Shown piece by piece: positions 52,430 through 64,000 of a stretch of DNA of 64,000 bases. This DNA is from Williopsis jadinii (Eukaryota), in the NCBI GenBank assembly GCA_024346625.1, contig AP024666.1:992001-1056000 (forward strand), written 5' to 3'. A model generated the notes under the pieces. That model saw only the letters and a program-made list of their open reading frames with translations. It was not told the DNA's origin and did not search any database. Numbering within the stretch: the first letter of the stretch is position 1; each line of letters starts with the position of its first letter. Made by a program: the position numbers and the translations under genes.

Positions 52430-54127
52430 TTATTTCGCCTTTTCCTTATAGCTCTCAAGATGGGCTTCTTCCTCTTTAACCTCGGTATGGATATGGCCAG
52501 GAGCATGTACCACCTTGCCCTTACTGTCTTGTGTGCAAGGAACAATTTCACTGAACCATGAATCGTTGAATATATCTTCAAAAGTAGCACGAGCCTTTGG
52601 ATCAACAGCTAACATACGTGATATGACAGGTCTTGCAGCGTGGGGCAAAAGACGCATCAATCTGTAAGGACCATGTATTTGATGATGATGAGCCCTTTGA
52701 GTTGAATCTTGCTTTGTAGCCTTTGCTGGTGCATCATTCACACTTACTGAACTGACAGCACCAGCACTGTTAGTCTCAACTTGTTTCTTCTCAACCTTCT
52801 TCTCAACCTTCTGTTCCACCTCAGGTTTAACCACTTCGGTATGCTTTTCAGCTTGTTCCTCTTTTGGCTTTTCAGATTCAGCTTCACCCTTGCGTTCATC
52901 AAGATGTGTCTTATCCAACGCATCTGTTATAGCATCCTCGTCTTTGCTGGCTTCGTTATGTGCCTCTTCGTTCTTCTTCTTTTCTTCCCTTTTTCTTCTC
53001 AGAAGCTCCTTATGTGCAGATGCGGCCTTTTCATAATCGTGTTGTTCATCATCTGGCATGTTGTAAAGTTTGAAAGAAGGATCAGTATGCTTTGGAGCCT
53101 TCCATGGGAATCTCTTCAAAGTCATGCAACAGTATATGATACCAATTGACCATATATCCACAGGTTGAGCATCGTAACGTTGATGAGTGAGCACCTCTGG
53201 CGCCAGATAAGGATCAGATCCACATATGCCATGTGCTTTAACCAGTTCTTCTTCGAATGGATATCTGAACACAACAGCAGAACCAAAATCGATAACTTTT
53301 AAGATACCATCAGCGGTCATGACACAGTTATCCAGCTTGAGATCTCTATGGGCAATGCCCATGGAGTGCAGGTATTTCACACCTTCACAGATCTGTCTGA
53401 AGCAACAGTTAATTTCACCACGAAGCATCTTACCGCTCATCACGACGGCAAAGAAGTCAACAGGGCAGTACTCCATAACTTCGAAGTAATGGCCCTTTTC
53501 GTGTGTGATGTCCAACGTTTGGATGATGTTTGGATGGTGAAGCGTAGAACCAATACAGAACTCGGCGGTACACTTCTTAGCGTAGTCCTTCTCAGCTTCG
53601 TTTGGTCTTCTTGGTCTGAACTCCTTGACTGCGAACGTGACGCCATCAGAAGGACGAACCAGCAGACGAACGGATCCACCGACACCAGATCCCAGGATCT
53701 TACCCATGTTACCGTACTTCTTCGCAAGGATACCGCCTTCGTCCAGCTGCTCGTCATGAACCGCCAGGTTCAACACCGAAGCGGACGCATCGTTCAGGTT
53801 ACGCTTACTTGGTGTTGCCGAGGGAGAAGCCGGCCGTGAGGGCTTCTTCGAAGGTCTGAAGAATCTCTTCAACTCAAGCATCGAAGAAGACTGGTGTCCA
53901 TTATTACCTCCATTGTTGTTCTGCTCCGTGGTATTTGAGCGTGTGGTGCTCTGTGAATCGTGTGCACTGGTTGCCTGAGCAACTGGCTGACGATGATCTT
54001 GCTCATGGCCCCCACTGGCGCTCTTCTTGGAATCGATGGACTCGTTCGTACTTGTCCTCGTCGAATCACGAGAGGTGTCCTTGAGGTGAATACCAAAGAA
54101 CGATTTCTTCTTAACCCCAAAATGCAT
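52430..54127 (-). CDS. HRK1: Npr1/Hal5-family Ser/Thr kinase Hrk1
   Basis: LGSGVGGSV, FAVKEFR, CTAEFCIGSTLHHPN, HRDLKLDN, DFG, GSDPYLAPE, charged insert, GPYRLMRLLPHAARP. Confidence 0.92.
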   Translation of the reverse strand: MHFGVKKKSFFGIHLKDTSRDSTRTSTNESIDSKKSASGGHEQDHRQPVAQATSAHDSQSTTRSNTTEQNNNGGNNGHQSSSMLELKRFFRPSKKPSRPASPSATPSKRNLNDASASVLNLAVHDEQLDEGGILAKKYGNMGKILGSGVGGSVRLLVRPSDGVTFAVKEFRPRRPNEAEKDYAKKCTAEFCIGSTLHHPNIIQTLDITHEKGHYFEVMEYCPVDFFAVVMSGKMLRGEINCCFRQICEGVKYLHSMGIAHRDLKLDNCVMTADGILKVIDFGSAVVFRYPFEEELVKAHGICGSDPYLAPEVLTHQRYDAQPVDIWSIGIIYCCMTLKRFPWKAPKHTDPSFKLYNMPDDEQHDYEKAASAHKELLRRKREEKKKNEEAHNEASKDEDAITDALDKTHLDERKGEAESEKPKEEQAEKHTEVVKPEVEQKVEKKVEKKQVETNSAGAVSSVSVNDAPAKATKQDSTQRAHHHQIHGPYRLMRLLPHAARPVISRMLAVDPKARATFEDIFNDSWFSEIVPCTQDSKGKVVHAPGHIHTEVKEEEAHLESYKEKAK

Positions 54128-54869
54128 CGTGTAAAGCTTTGCAACTGTTTAACGAAACGCTTGGATCGATGGAAAGTGGTACTCGGAAATAGCCTGGCCT
54201 GACTGGGTTCCTAATGTTCCGCGGATATGCCTTCACAGGGTGTTCGTAAAAGCACTGGAAATTCGTGAAACCTGGTGATGGAGCTGAGACGTAATGAGTT
54301 CAGTTATCTCTTCTCACAACAACAATCACACGTGAGGATGTATGGATATGACCTCCTTTGCGAAAAGTAGATCCCTCTGCCGATGAGCTCAAGAAATGGA
54401 TCCAAACTAAAGGGAAAAAAGGGAAAAAAGGAACCACGATGTTTCTTTATGTTTTGCAAGTGACTCTTTTTTTTGCTCCTTGCTTTTTGCTTTTTGGGTC
54501 TCAAATATGCATGAGACTATTCAACAATCTCCGTCACGGGATTGTCGACATGAGTTGCGTGTCTAATCTCTGGTTCTGTCTGCCTGCGGTGTGTCAAAAG
54601 GAAAGCTTCTACGGGGGAGTGCGCGTGAAATCACAGGCAGCACGGTGCTCCATTCGGGCCTAAAAAAAGATAGGAAAATTACTGGGCAGGATGTATTATG
54701 TGCACGCTGTGGGTTTTAGAAAGCTGCTTGTCTCAGCCCTGTCAAAATTTAAGCAAGGAAGCTAGGCAGGGAAAACTCTAAGGGAGGCGAGATGGGCAGA
54801 GCGAAGGAACAACGGTATAATGCGTTGTCCCTGGGACTTCAGGTCGGTAGCCTGCGGTCGGGACGGTGA

Positions 54870-54915
54870 GCCAGAGTGTGAGAGCCGGAGGGTATTGCCA
54901 GAGTGTGAGAGCCGG
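54870..54915. repeat. 19-bp perfect direct repeat GCCAGAGTGTGAGAGCCGG (period 27) in the HRK1-PAC1 intergenic region
   Basis: Copies at 54870-54888 and 54897-54915. Confidence 0.95.
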
Positions 54916-55332
54916 GACACACAGGATGGTGGCCATATAGAGCGCTGAGACTACGAGGCAGAATGGAATTGGTGACTTGTGAGACGTGTGGTCTCCTCCA
55001 TTCGGGAATGGAGATGCCGGCCGGTAGAGGGAAAATTACTCACGCACACCTCGACTTTGGCAGGGGACTTCCGGTTGAGCCCGAAGGACTTTTTCTCCTG
55101 GTGGAGTCTCCAAATTGCACATGTGGACTTTTTTTCGAACCACACTAGGAAATTGTGTCAAATGCATTCCCTTGAAGGTGGAAATAGAGATGGGTTGGCT
55201 AAATAAGGTGCGATAAGTGTACACAGCATTGAATTCAGTCGATGGCGTTCGTGTTCCCTCAATCTCAACAGATCTCTTGGTGTTCTTAAATCCGTCGTAG
55301 TGCGTAGTATCAACCCCGATTGTGTACTTTAA

Positions 55333-55340
55333 TTACCCGG
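55333..55340. promoter_or_regulatory. Reb1-type site TTACCCGG
   Basis: Exact consensus in the divergent HRK1/PAC1 region. Confidence 0.45.
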
Positions 55341-55907
55341 TGACATTCTAATGGCTTTAATCTTACTGAAGGGCTCCAATACAGTGTGTATTCAAATCGC
55401 TTGGTTCAATGTCAGTATTTACTGGGTTACCCAATGCTCGATTGTCCAAATATGTACACTTACTCGGGTAGTTGGGTATTTTCCTTAAGGCTTTGCCAGG
55501 AAGATAGATGGATTCAATTTGTCCTGAAAAAATAAAAGACTAGTACAAGCTTATCAGCCACCATCATTATTGTAAATATGATCAATATCATTTATATGCA
55601 CCCAGCCTTTGTGCAATACTCATCCAACTGCTAACACCAGGTATTTCCAGCCATATAAATTGGAATAATCCGTACAAGTACTCGACATCTTTCAGAAACA
55701 GTTGCCTCGATGATAATTATATTCTGTCATGACATAATCTATAATAATATAAAAATCCTATCGTGTCAAAGACACCCAGACACCAACTTTGTTTGTTTTG
55801 ATTTCGAGTTCCCTCATCCACTAAAACTGCGAATACTACCACAACAACCACTACACACGCAGTGTTCAGTGCAACACACTTCATACTTGTAGTTATCACC
55901 GAGGTTG

Positions 55908-57284
55908 ATGTCACACCTCACAGATAAGCAGAAGGCAGACCTTCACAACTCAATTTTGAACTATTTGCAGCCGTTGATATCACAAGAGGCAGTATTGGAC
56001 TCTCTACAGAGAGACTTGAACGTTCCGAAAGTTGTGGACGATAATCAGTTGCTACAAAAGAAATGGACTGCAATTCTCCGGTTACAGAAGAAGATCACAC
56101 AGTTACAAGGCCAAGTGGATCAGCTCTCGAAGATGAACGATCAGTCAGCTGAGAGTGGTTTCCTATCCTCAACAACTGATTCAAACTTGACAAAGTTTAA
56201 CTGGATACCTTCCAAGGTGAAGAAGTCATTGACACATACATCTAACGTAACCTCGGTTAAGATCCATCCCAGACTGCCACAATTGGTCACTGCAACGTCA
56301 CAGGGAACATTCAACTGTTGGGATTTACTTGATTTGACCCAGCCTACGATTTCTATCCAGGCCCATACAAGAGGCATAAATGCGATTGCGATCTCTCCAG
56401 AGAAGTTGGAGTTTAACAACAATAACCACGTATTGGTTACCTGTGGTTCTGATCTATACGTTAAGGTCTGGGATATTCTCACAGGGAAGCTCATAAGAAC
56501 TTTATCAGGTCACGAACACGTTGTATCTGACGTGGTTTTCAAAAATGAACATGTGATATTCACCTGTTCAAGAGATACCACGATAAAAATCTGGGATATC
56601 CAAACAGGTTGGTGTTTGAAATCCTTTGTTGGACATTCAGATTGGGTAAGGACGTTGGATATCATCGCAGGTGAGTACTTACTATCGGGTTCGAATGACC
56701 AAAGTGTAAGGCTTTCACATGGTGATTCCGGTACTGGACTTGGACTCATGATTGGCCATAACCAAGTTGTCGAATGCGTTAAATTTGTTCCCATGATTTC
56801 AAACAAATGGATTGATTCTTTGAACAAATTAGAGTACCAAGGTGATGATGCTATGTATAGACAGCTTGGATTCAAATATGCTGTTTCAGGTGGTAGAGAT
56901 GATAGGATAAACATTTGGCTATTGCCTCAACCTATAATAAGACCACATAACAATCCAGCTCCTTCTTCAAATCCACATGGACAAGTGGTAAAGACCCTTA
57001 TAGGGCACAAATCATGGGTAAGAGACATTGCATTCCATCCAAATGGTAAACTGTTGATAAGTTGCTCAGATGACAAAACCATAAGATTCTGGGATCTTGA
57101 AACTGGTGATTGCATTAGAACCTTGGTGGGACACGAGGGCTTTATCAATACCATAGAGTGGGCTCCGTCGATATGCGAGACGTTAGAGGACAGGCTGACA
57201 GACGATGAAACGGTCATCAACGATAATATGAGATGCATCTTAGCTTCAGGAAGTACTGATCAAATGGTAAAGATTTGGGATTGA
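55908..57284 (+). CDS. PAC1: LIS1 homolog, dynein regulator Pac1
   Basis: LisH (LTDKQKADLHNSILNYL), LLQKKWTAILRLQKKI coiled coil, WD40 repeats (GHEHVVS, GHSDWVR, GHKSWVR). Confidence 0.95.
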   Translation: MSHLTDKQKADLHNSILNYLQPLISQEAVLDSLQRDLNVPKVVDDNQLLQKKWTAILRLQKKITQLQGQVDQLSKMNDQSAESGFLSSTTDSNLTKFNWIPSKVKKSLTHTSNVTSVKIHPRLPQLVTATSQGTFNCWDLLDLTQPTISIQAHTRGINAIAISPEKLEFNNNNHVLVTCGSDLYVKVWDILTGKLIRTLSGHEHVVSDVVFKNEHVIFTCSRDTTIKIWDIQTGWCLKSFVGHSDWVRTLDIIAGEYLLSGSNDQSVRLSHGDSGTGLGLMIGHNQVVECVKFVPMISNKWIDSLNKLEYQGDDAMYRQLGFKYAVSGGRDDRINIWLLPQPIIRPHNNPAPSSNPHGQVVKTLIGHKSWVRDIAFHPNGKLLISCSDDKTIRFWDLETGDCIRTLVGHEGFINTIEWAPSICETLEDRLTDDETVINDNMRCILASGSTDQMVKIWD

Positions 57285-57404
57285 ACGTATTTACAGATAA
57301 CTTTCTACCAGGCTTGAGACGGAATAAAACAGAATCGAAAGTGGCATTTATCTAATTATATATTTGCATGTTTTCCCTTTTTTCGACTGAAAAGAGAAAA
57401 CAAA

Positions 57405-59955
57405 TTAAAACTCATCGTTCAAAATCACTGTCTTAAAACTGTATGGCTCGTAGAGCTTACCACCACCAACAAAGAACTTGGACATGGATTCAACCCAGTG
57501 AAGACGCAAGGAATGTAACATGGCAGATGTACCTTCCATGACAACCAAGATAGCCACCGTTAAGACAAGCCACATGGCAAATAAAAACACGGTTGAGAAG
57601 ACACCTACGAAACCGGTAGAGCCAAATGCACCTTCAATTGTCATAGACCACAAGACTGTGGATAGTTGGGCATGTGCCAATGAAAGGGCCCACAATCTGA
57701 GGTATGATGCAGTGTGGGAAACAGAGTTCAAACAGAACTCAATGGTATGGATAACTTGATGGATCATAATATCACCAAAGTTATGTCCTTCTTCTTCTTC
57801 ATCGTCATCATCCACAGCTGCGGCTTCGTTGACAATGTCATCACCAGCAATTGCTTGGTATTCTGCAGCTTCACGATCAAATTTACGCTTGAAGTACATA
57901 GGTTTCAACAACAACAACCATGGCACACACACAAGTGCAATTAAAAGCAAGGCAACTTGCACCTTTTCTTGACCAGGGTACAAATACTCATCCACAGTTC
58001 CTGGCGACAAAAACATTGAAATCAACATATTAAGCAACCCAGGAGCTGGTTTACCAACGGCAGCCCAGTCAACAGACCACTTGTATACGATACAGATGGA
58101 CAAGTAGCCGAAGATGGATTGCATAAAGAGTAAACCAGGAATGAAGTTACCAACAATGTCAATGACGGATTTGAAGTGGATGTGGTTCACCAGGGAGAAA
58201 ATGTAAGAGTAACTCATATGGATAAAACCCATCAAGATGGAAAGCTTCATCTTATAAGAGTTTGTGAACAACAAAGCGTTTTCAGTTCCATGCCAAGCTG
58301 GATCCAAACCGATGGCATAGACACCCACCTTCTTAGCATATATCGTCTCACCAATTTGGTGCTCTGGCCATTCCCAGCCTGATTTGAAAATGGTCATTGA
58401 CTGAGAAAAGAGATCATTGTAGAGGAAACCTGTAAACATGGAGAAAATACCCATCAAAAGCAAGATGTATCTACCAGAGTATGCCATATCGAAAATTTCA
58501 TCTCTCTGAATTCTGGCAATCTTCTTTTCGTGAATGACAAGCATCAACGACACGAGGGTAAGGATGAAACCATGACCCAAGTCACCAAACATGATGGCAA
58601 ACATGAATGGAAATGTAACAATGGTTGGCAAACCAGGGTTAACTTCTTTGTATTCTGCAATACCATAAGCATCACAAATACCTTGGAATGCAGCAGTAAA
58701 TTTGTTCGTTTTGTGATAAGTTGGCGGAGTTTTTGTCGTTTGCATCACATTGATGACTGATTGAAGACCTGTACTGTTGTTTTGGAGTATGTCTTGAACG
58801 GAAGCCAATTCCGATGTTGGAATCCAACCCTCCGCTATAAGTGTCTTTCTGTTTGAGTCATAGTCAAAAAAGTTCAAAATTTCATACACCGACTTTTCTT
58901 TCGCAATTGTCTGGGCCCAAACAGTCAACTCCTGTGCAATGGCGATGAGCTCAGTTTCTAAAGTTCTCGTTGTGCTATCCAAGACAGTGACAAGGTCAGC
59001 CAATTGGATATTAACGTCCTTAAGTTGTTCTTCTCTCAAGTCCTCGTCTTGGTCAACGTCGTAGATGTCAGCATCCAAAGACTGAGCGATTTTCTTAATT
59101 CTGGAAATGATTTCAGATCCATGAGAAAACACAATGAAGATATCCTTATCTGTGGAGGACTTGGATTTTGGATCATAGATAGGTTCAGAAATTTCTGTTG
59201 TCTGCATGTACAAGTTACCTCTCAATGCTCTCCACAATATTTTCTCCAACACGCTTCTCTTTTCCCTTGGAATGACACCAGCAACATAACTGACATTCAA
59301 ACGTTCTGAAAAACGAGAAGCCTCAGCATCTGGGGTCGTATCAACCAAATCAGGGTTTGAAGCTGCACTTTTAAAGAACTCATCTGCTCCTCTCAAAACG
59401 TATCTGAACTGTTGTAATTGCTTCTTCTTCAATTCCAACGACTCGTTGGAATCCACAAGTTGTGACAATCTCTGCTCCAAGATTTGTGCGCTCTCAACCT
59501 TATCGTCAATGTCACTTGGCTTTACAGGGGCAGCAAAGCGAGTGACGCTGTCATCGTCGTCAAAAGGCGGCGGATTCAACTCAATTCCACGGATCTCCAA
59601 CTCCTGTTTAAAGTACCGGTACTGTCTCTGCACGTTGTCGAGACGTCTAATCTCCTTCACAAAGGATCTTTGGAAGGCATTCACCTTGGAGTTCAAATCT
59701 CTAAACTGTATAGAACCGGATTCACCGAGCGAGTACACAGTCTCACGACTGATCTCTGAAGGGATATATAGCTGAACAAGAGTCATATCCGCAGAGCCTA
59801 TGTTTACATGTTAGTAAACACACATCCCATTGTGCTAAAAAAGGGTAAGGGGACAGCAGGCCACGGCTCCATGGCGGCAAACTTCAACCACAGGGCGCTT
59901 AGCCTAGAATTGACCCATTCATGTACATACGGAAAATGGCTTCTTCTTCACTCAT
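57405..59955 (-). CDS. VPH1: V-ATPase V0 subunit a, vacuolar isoform; complement(join(57405..59797,59931..59955))
   Basis: Exon 1 MSEEEAIF, 133-nt intron 59930-59798 (GTATGT, TACTAAC, TAG), spliced EAIFRSADMTLVQLYIP; SHTASYLRLWALSLAH. No Stv1-type insert. Confidence 0.95.
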
Positions 59956-60283
59956 TATTATAGCAAGTGCTCAAGCAATTTAACAGGGCGGTCCCTTAAT
60001 CAAGTCCTTGCTGTGTTTGTTTTGGTTTGGTTTTGTGATTGAATTTGTCCTTTTTTTTCCTTTGCTTTTACCGCTCAGGGGAAGAAAACCGCGAGAACAA
60101 AAAATGGCTGCCTACTAAAAAATCACGGAAAAATCCCAAAACGCATTCGCGGAAAGGACGTGGCAGGTCATTGCAGGGTAACGGACATTTCCGAGAGCTG
60201 ATGCCTTTGTTTTGTTTGGCACATAGCTTCGATATGGAGACACATTTCCTCATGTTGAGTATTTTGTTGAGGGTATTGGACAG

Positions 60284-61384
60284 ATGAGTTACTTCGTACC
60301 TGTGAGAAGGATCCTCACTTCCGAGGATATGGAGAAATGGCAAAATGGTGAAACGTATGAGGCGATTGTTCAATTTGTCGAAGAGTTAGCCAATTCCGTT
60401 GTTGGTAAGACGAACGACGCCGAGTGTAACGTTTCAGGTGTCATCCAAGGTGTATTGGATTTGCTTGATGATGTGCTCAGTGTGATCAAGTCCCACCCTG
60501 TTGCAGATAAGACGAGCTCAAGGTTCGGGAAGCCCGAGTTTAGGGATGTGTATGATGAAATCACTGACAGATCACAGGACATATTGGCAAGACGTTTGCC
60601 ACTAGAGCAGGCCACAGGTCAAATCGGTGCTATTGACGAATTATGTGTTTATTTTAACGAATCGTGGGGTAACAGAACAAGAATCGACTATGGGTCAGGT
60701 CATGAGTTGAACTTCTTGTGCTTTTTGCTCTGTTTGAAACGCTTGGGACTCTTGGAGAGCTCTGATTATACTGCAGTTGTTTTGAAGGTGTTCAACCAGT
60801 ACATTCACGTCATGCGTGTATTACAAAAGGAGTATTGGTTAGAACCAGCTGGATCACACGGTGTTTGGGGATTGGACGACTATCATTTCCTTCCTTTCCT
60901 CTTTGGAGCAGCACAACTATCTACCCACAAACATCTCCGTCCAAAATCTATTCACGATCCTGATTTGGTTGAAATGTTCCATAAGAAGTACATGTACTTT
61001 GAATGTATCTACTTTATCAATTCTATCAAGACCGCTTCTTTGAGATGGCATTCACCGATGCTGGACGATATCAGTGGTGTTAAAACGTGGAGTAAAGTCT
61101 CTGAAGGAATGCAAAAGATGTACAAAGCTGAAGTGTTGTCGAAACTTCCCATAATTCAACATTTTTTCTTTGGAAGTATACTAAAGGCACCAGAGGGTTG
61201 CTCACCACCAAGAAAGACGTTCGACAATGCTGAGGAAGAACATGCCCACCACCATGATAACGATTCGGATGAGGGGCTGCCTGAACATCAGCATACATGG
61301 GGTGATTGCTGTGGTATCAAAGTACCTTCAGCTATCGCAGCAAGTGAAATGGATCACAGTCCAAGGCCATTACCATTCGATTGA
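60284..61384 (+). CDS. RRD2: PP2A activator PTPA, Rrd2 type
   Basis: SRFGKPEFR, RIDYGSGHELNF, LEPAGSHGVWGLDDYHFLPF, HTWGDCCGIKVPSAIAA C-terminus. Confidence 0.92.
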   Translation: MSYFVPVRRILTSEDMEKWQNGETYEAIVQFVEELANSVVGKTNDAECNVSGVIQGVLDLLDDVLSVIKSHPVADKTSSRFGKPEFRDVYDEITDRSQDILARRLPLEQATGQIGAIDELCVYFNESWGNRTRIDYGSGHELNFLCFLLCLKRLGLLESSDYTAVVLKVFNQYIHVMRVLQKEYWLEPAGSHGVWGLDDYHFLPFLFGAAQLSTHKHLRPKSIHDPDLVEMFHKKYMYFECIYFINSIKTASLRWHSPMLDDISGVKTWSKVSEGMQKMYKAEVLSKLPIIQHFFFGSILKAPEGCSPPRKTFDNAEEEHAHHHDNDSDEGLPEHQHTWGDCCGIKVPSAIAASEMDHSPRPLPFD

Positions 61385-61448
61385 ATCTTATAAACTACAG
61401 TTTGTTAAATAAAAAATTCGTAACTTCGTTAATTTAGTGTGTACCTGA

Positions 61449-62783
61449 TCACCATCCAAATCTTAACTGAGCAGCAGTAAACACAGGTGGTTTCCAGACA
61501 AGTAACTTTGGATTGATGCTTCTCTTCTTCTTCATCATCATCTTTTCATACTGTTGAACAATATCATCTGTTATATAAATAACGTGCTGCCCTTTGAAGT
61601 ATCTGAGAATGGATAGGGTCTGTGCTGTGTGTAAAATGTCCAACGTTGTCATCGAGGTCTTTTGACTAATCTCATCGATGGATATGTAATCAGTCTCACT
61701 CTCAACGAGGAGCTTGATCAAAGTCTCAGACCAATATGCTCTATAGGACAAGAGACCCAAATCTGACAACGGCTTTTCAGGAGAACCAATTTTACCTTCC
61801 TTCTTAGACAATTCGTAGGAGAATTCAATCAACAAACGACCATATCCCATTCTTTGGTACTGTGGAAGTGTCAAGATACACGCCAAGTTATAGTTCTCCG
61901 CCGATTCTTTTTCCTTCGAGAAGTAGCCAACTAGATGATGTCCTTGTTCATCTCTCCGTGTCATACAGTAGAACAGGAACGGATCAACATCGTAGTAGAG
62001 TGTCTTGTGGTCCAAGAACAGCTTGGAGAAGAGACACACGTTACGACACCAAGTTCTTTGTTTACGTCCGTCAATTTCGAAAAAGGAAATGTAATCATCT
62101 CTGTAGATTTCATTCCCTGGAGGATGCCTTAGTGTACACTTCTTTCTGAACCTCTCAAACTGTTTCTTCGAGCCGAAGTACTGCAGAGTGAAATCGTCTA
62201 TATAAATGGTATCCTCCTCTGTGAGTTCAACAGGGTATGGAGAAAAATACCAGGGTTCGATCTCATGGTTACCCATGATCACCTTTGACAAGTTTCTCAC
62301 TTTAGCAACTTCAGAATGATTCTGGATCATCGAACCCGATGTTCTAAGCTTTTCTATCTCATCTTCTCTGGAAACGTCATCCGACTTCAAACCTTGCACA
62401 TTCAAGTCGTCCAAGTCCATAACGTCCTCACCAGAGTGAGCCGTCGGCGTAGCACTAGCCTGTTTCTTTTGTTGCTTCTTTGTCTGCTTCTTAACAACAG
62501 TCTTCTTAACATCCTTCTTTGGCTGCTCAGGTTTAGGAAAAGTCACCGCTTTCTCAAGATTGAGTCTCTCCATAGGGACCCACTCATCCAGACGTTTATT
62601 GAAGTCCACATAGTGGATGAAGTATTCATTCTTCCCCTTTCTCGTTCTTGTGTGTAAGAGTTCACCTTTCCTCTCCTCACCGTCTTTTTCTACCCAACAT
62701 TTACACCCTGTGATGAGCTCATCAACCTTGACGATCTTGCATTCTCCTTCCGCTTCTTTAGGATCTGTCGAATCACCACTCAT
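61449..62783 (-). CDS. ESA1: NuA4 MYST acetyltransferase Esa1
   Basis: Tudor-knot [61 protein letters not shown]. Confidence 0.98.
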   Translation of the reverse strand: MSGDSTDPKEAEGECKIVKVDELITGCKCWVEKDGEERKGELLHTRTRKGKNEYFIHYVDFNKRLDEWVPMERLNLEKAVTFPKPEQPKKDVKKTVVKKQTKKQQKKQASATPTAHSGEDVMDLDDLNVQGLKSDDVSREDEIEKLRTSGSMIQNHSEVAKVRNLSKVIMGNHEIEPWYFSPYPVELTEEDTIYIDDFTLQYFGSKKQFERFRKKCTLRHPPGNEIYRDDYISFFEIDGRKQRTWCRNVCLFSKLFLDHKTLYYDVDPFLFYCMTRRDEQGHHLVGYFSKEKESAENYNLACILTLPQYQRMGYGRLLIEFSYELSKKEGKIGSPEKPLSDLGLLSYRAYWSETLIKLLVESETDYISIDEISQKTSMTTLDILHTAQTLSILRYFKGQHVIYITDDIVQQYEKMMMKKKRSINPKLLVWKPPVFTAAQLRFGW

Positions 62784-62897
62784 TTCTCAAGCCGCCCTGG
62801 TTTATTATGGTGGTTTGTCTTGTTCAACTTTGCCGCCAACATGGGAAGTTGTATACCTTTTCGTTTACTTTGGAAAGAGAGAAGTGGCCAAAACTTT

Positions 62898-62957
62898 ACA
62901 CCCAGACACCCAGACACCCAGACATCAAAACATCCAGACATCAAAACACCCGAACAT
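62898..62957. repeat. (ACACCCAG)n telomere-like / Rap1-site array in the ESA1-COX5 divergent promoter
   Basis: ACACCCAG x3 followed by ACATCCAGACAT and ACACCCGAACAT spaced 16 bp apart. Confidence 0.8.
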
Positions 62958-63269
62958 CAATTCAAACGCCGTAAAGTTGTGTGGTGGCCTTTAACAACTT
63001 CTGGTTGGAGCAGCAGTTTTTGGTTTCAGCGAATGAAATTCCGTCAGTTTCATAGGCCAAAATTTTCTTTTTTTCTCTTTGACCGCCAATGTTCGCGAGG
63101 GAAAGAAGTGGTCTTTTTTTTCCCCTACGCACTATTTGTGTAGATTTTGGAGTGGGTTGTTAAAAAAAAACCAGACAATTTCTCTTTCCTGTCTACCAAA
63201 ACATCCACATCAGTTTAACATCCTCTTTTTTGGTTAAAACAGGAACGTCAACACACAAAGATTTCAGAT

Positions 63270-63725
63270 ATGCTCCGTTCAATTGCTGCTAGAAACTTGG
63301 CCAGAGCCGCTCCAGTTAGATTTGCATCTACTCATCCAGTCTCCAGAGCCGCCATCTCTGAGCTCGAGTCCAGATGGGAGGAACTTCCAGCTGCTGACCA
63401 ACAAGAGATTGTGTCTCAACTTGCCGAGAGACAAAAGCTCCCATGGGCTGAGCTCACTGAGGCTGAGAAGAAGGCTGCTTGGTACATCTCCTACGGTGCT
63501 TGGGGTCCACGTCGTCCAGTCCACCCAAAGGGTGAATCTGGTAAGATTGCCGGTGGTGTCTTCCTCGGTTTGTTCATCTCCCTCAGTATCTTCTTCGCCC
63601 TCAGAGCTAACGCTCCAGCTCCACCAAAGACCATGAACCGTGAGTGGCAAGAGGCTTCTGACGAGTACTTGAAGTCCAAGAACGCTAACCCATGGTCTAA
63701 CTACTCCCAAGTTCAAAGTAACTAA
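63270..63725 (+). CDS. COX5: Cytochrome c oxidase subunit V (COX4 family)
   Basis: Presequence, LESRWEELP, RQKLPWAELT..EKKAAWYISYGAWGPR, TMNREWQEASDEYLKSKNANP. Confidence 0.97.
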   Translation: MLRSIAARNLARAAPVRFASTHPVSRAAISELESRWEELPAADQQEIVSQLAERQKLPWAELTEAEKKAAWYISYGAWGPRRPVHPKGESGKIAGGVFLGLFISLSIFFALRANAPAPPKTMNREWQEASDEYLKSKNANPWSNYSQVQSN

Positions 63726-64000
63726 ACTCACAATTGTTGAATCGATTGTTTGCCTAGGAGAGGGGAGTAAGTTAATATTCATGTAGCGGGGGAGGAATGA
63801 AGAAGGTGTAAAGTGTACCGTTTATTGAAGATGAGCAGAGGAACGTGTACCAGATGGAGAGCGGGGCCATTTCAGTTATAAACACAAAATTTTTTAGTGA
63901 GATTGTAAGAAGGGATCGAAGCCTTGATTCCCTTCTTAAATCTTTTTAAATCAAATTCAGATACAAGTTCCATTACTATTTATTGAGGATTTTTTTACCA

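Noticed and set aside
55770..55784. AGACACCCAGACACC as a telomerase RNA template
   Set aside because: Only about 125 nt upstream of the PAC1 ATG on the same strand, leaving no room for the downstream pseudoknot and Sm site; better explained as a Rap1-type site.

Overview
Gene-dense chromosomal segment of a budding yeast (Saccharomycotina). CTG encodes conserved Leu in YKT6 (KVVLHKT), MST1 (YGLKPMNC) and ATG29, so it uses the standard code rather than the CUG-Ser code. Short GTATGT/TACTAAC introns and gene order interleaving both S. cerevisiae WGD sister regions suggest a pre-WGD, non-Saccharomyces yeast, possibly Cyberlindnera-like (inference). About 35 protein-coding genes can be supported: two tandem Yrr1-type Zn2Cys6 factors, SGM1, HPT1/XPT1, UTP5, NMD5, a small spliced membrane protein, a spliced NVJ1-like gene, MDM31, CDC73, MST1, ATG17, SPP382, MIA40, YKT6, OYE, ATG12, TMT1, APC5, RPL21, MLH3, CLP1, TUM1, SSP2, a four-exon ATG29 fragmented in the ORF track, SET6, a YBR137W-like protein, REV3, PNT1-like, HRK1, PAC1, VPH1, RRD2, ESA1 and COX5. 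No tRNA, rRNA, transposon or CRISPR array was seen. I found no clearly new multi-gene system. The best leads are a divergent NVJ1 ortholog, the hidden ATG29 gene, two convergent gene pairs with overlapping coding ends, arrays of a Rap1/telomere-like 12-mer shared by the NVJ1 and ATG29 promoters, an orphan antisense intron between the two TF genes, a hybrid RP-gene promoter and a GC-rich multi-hairpin intergenic element. Homology and synteny statements are from memory of S. cerevisiae proteins and gene order, not from database searches.
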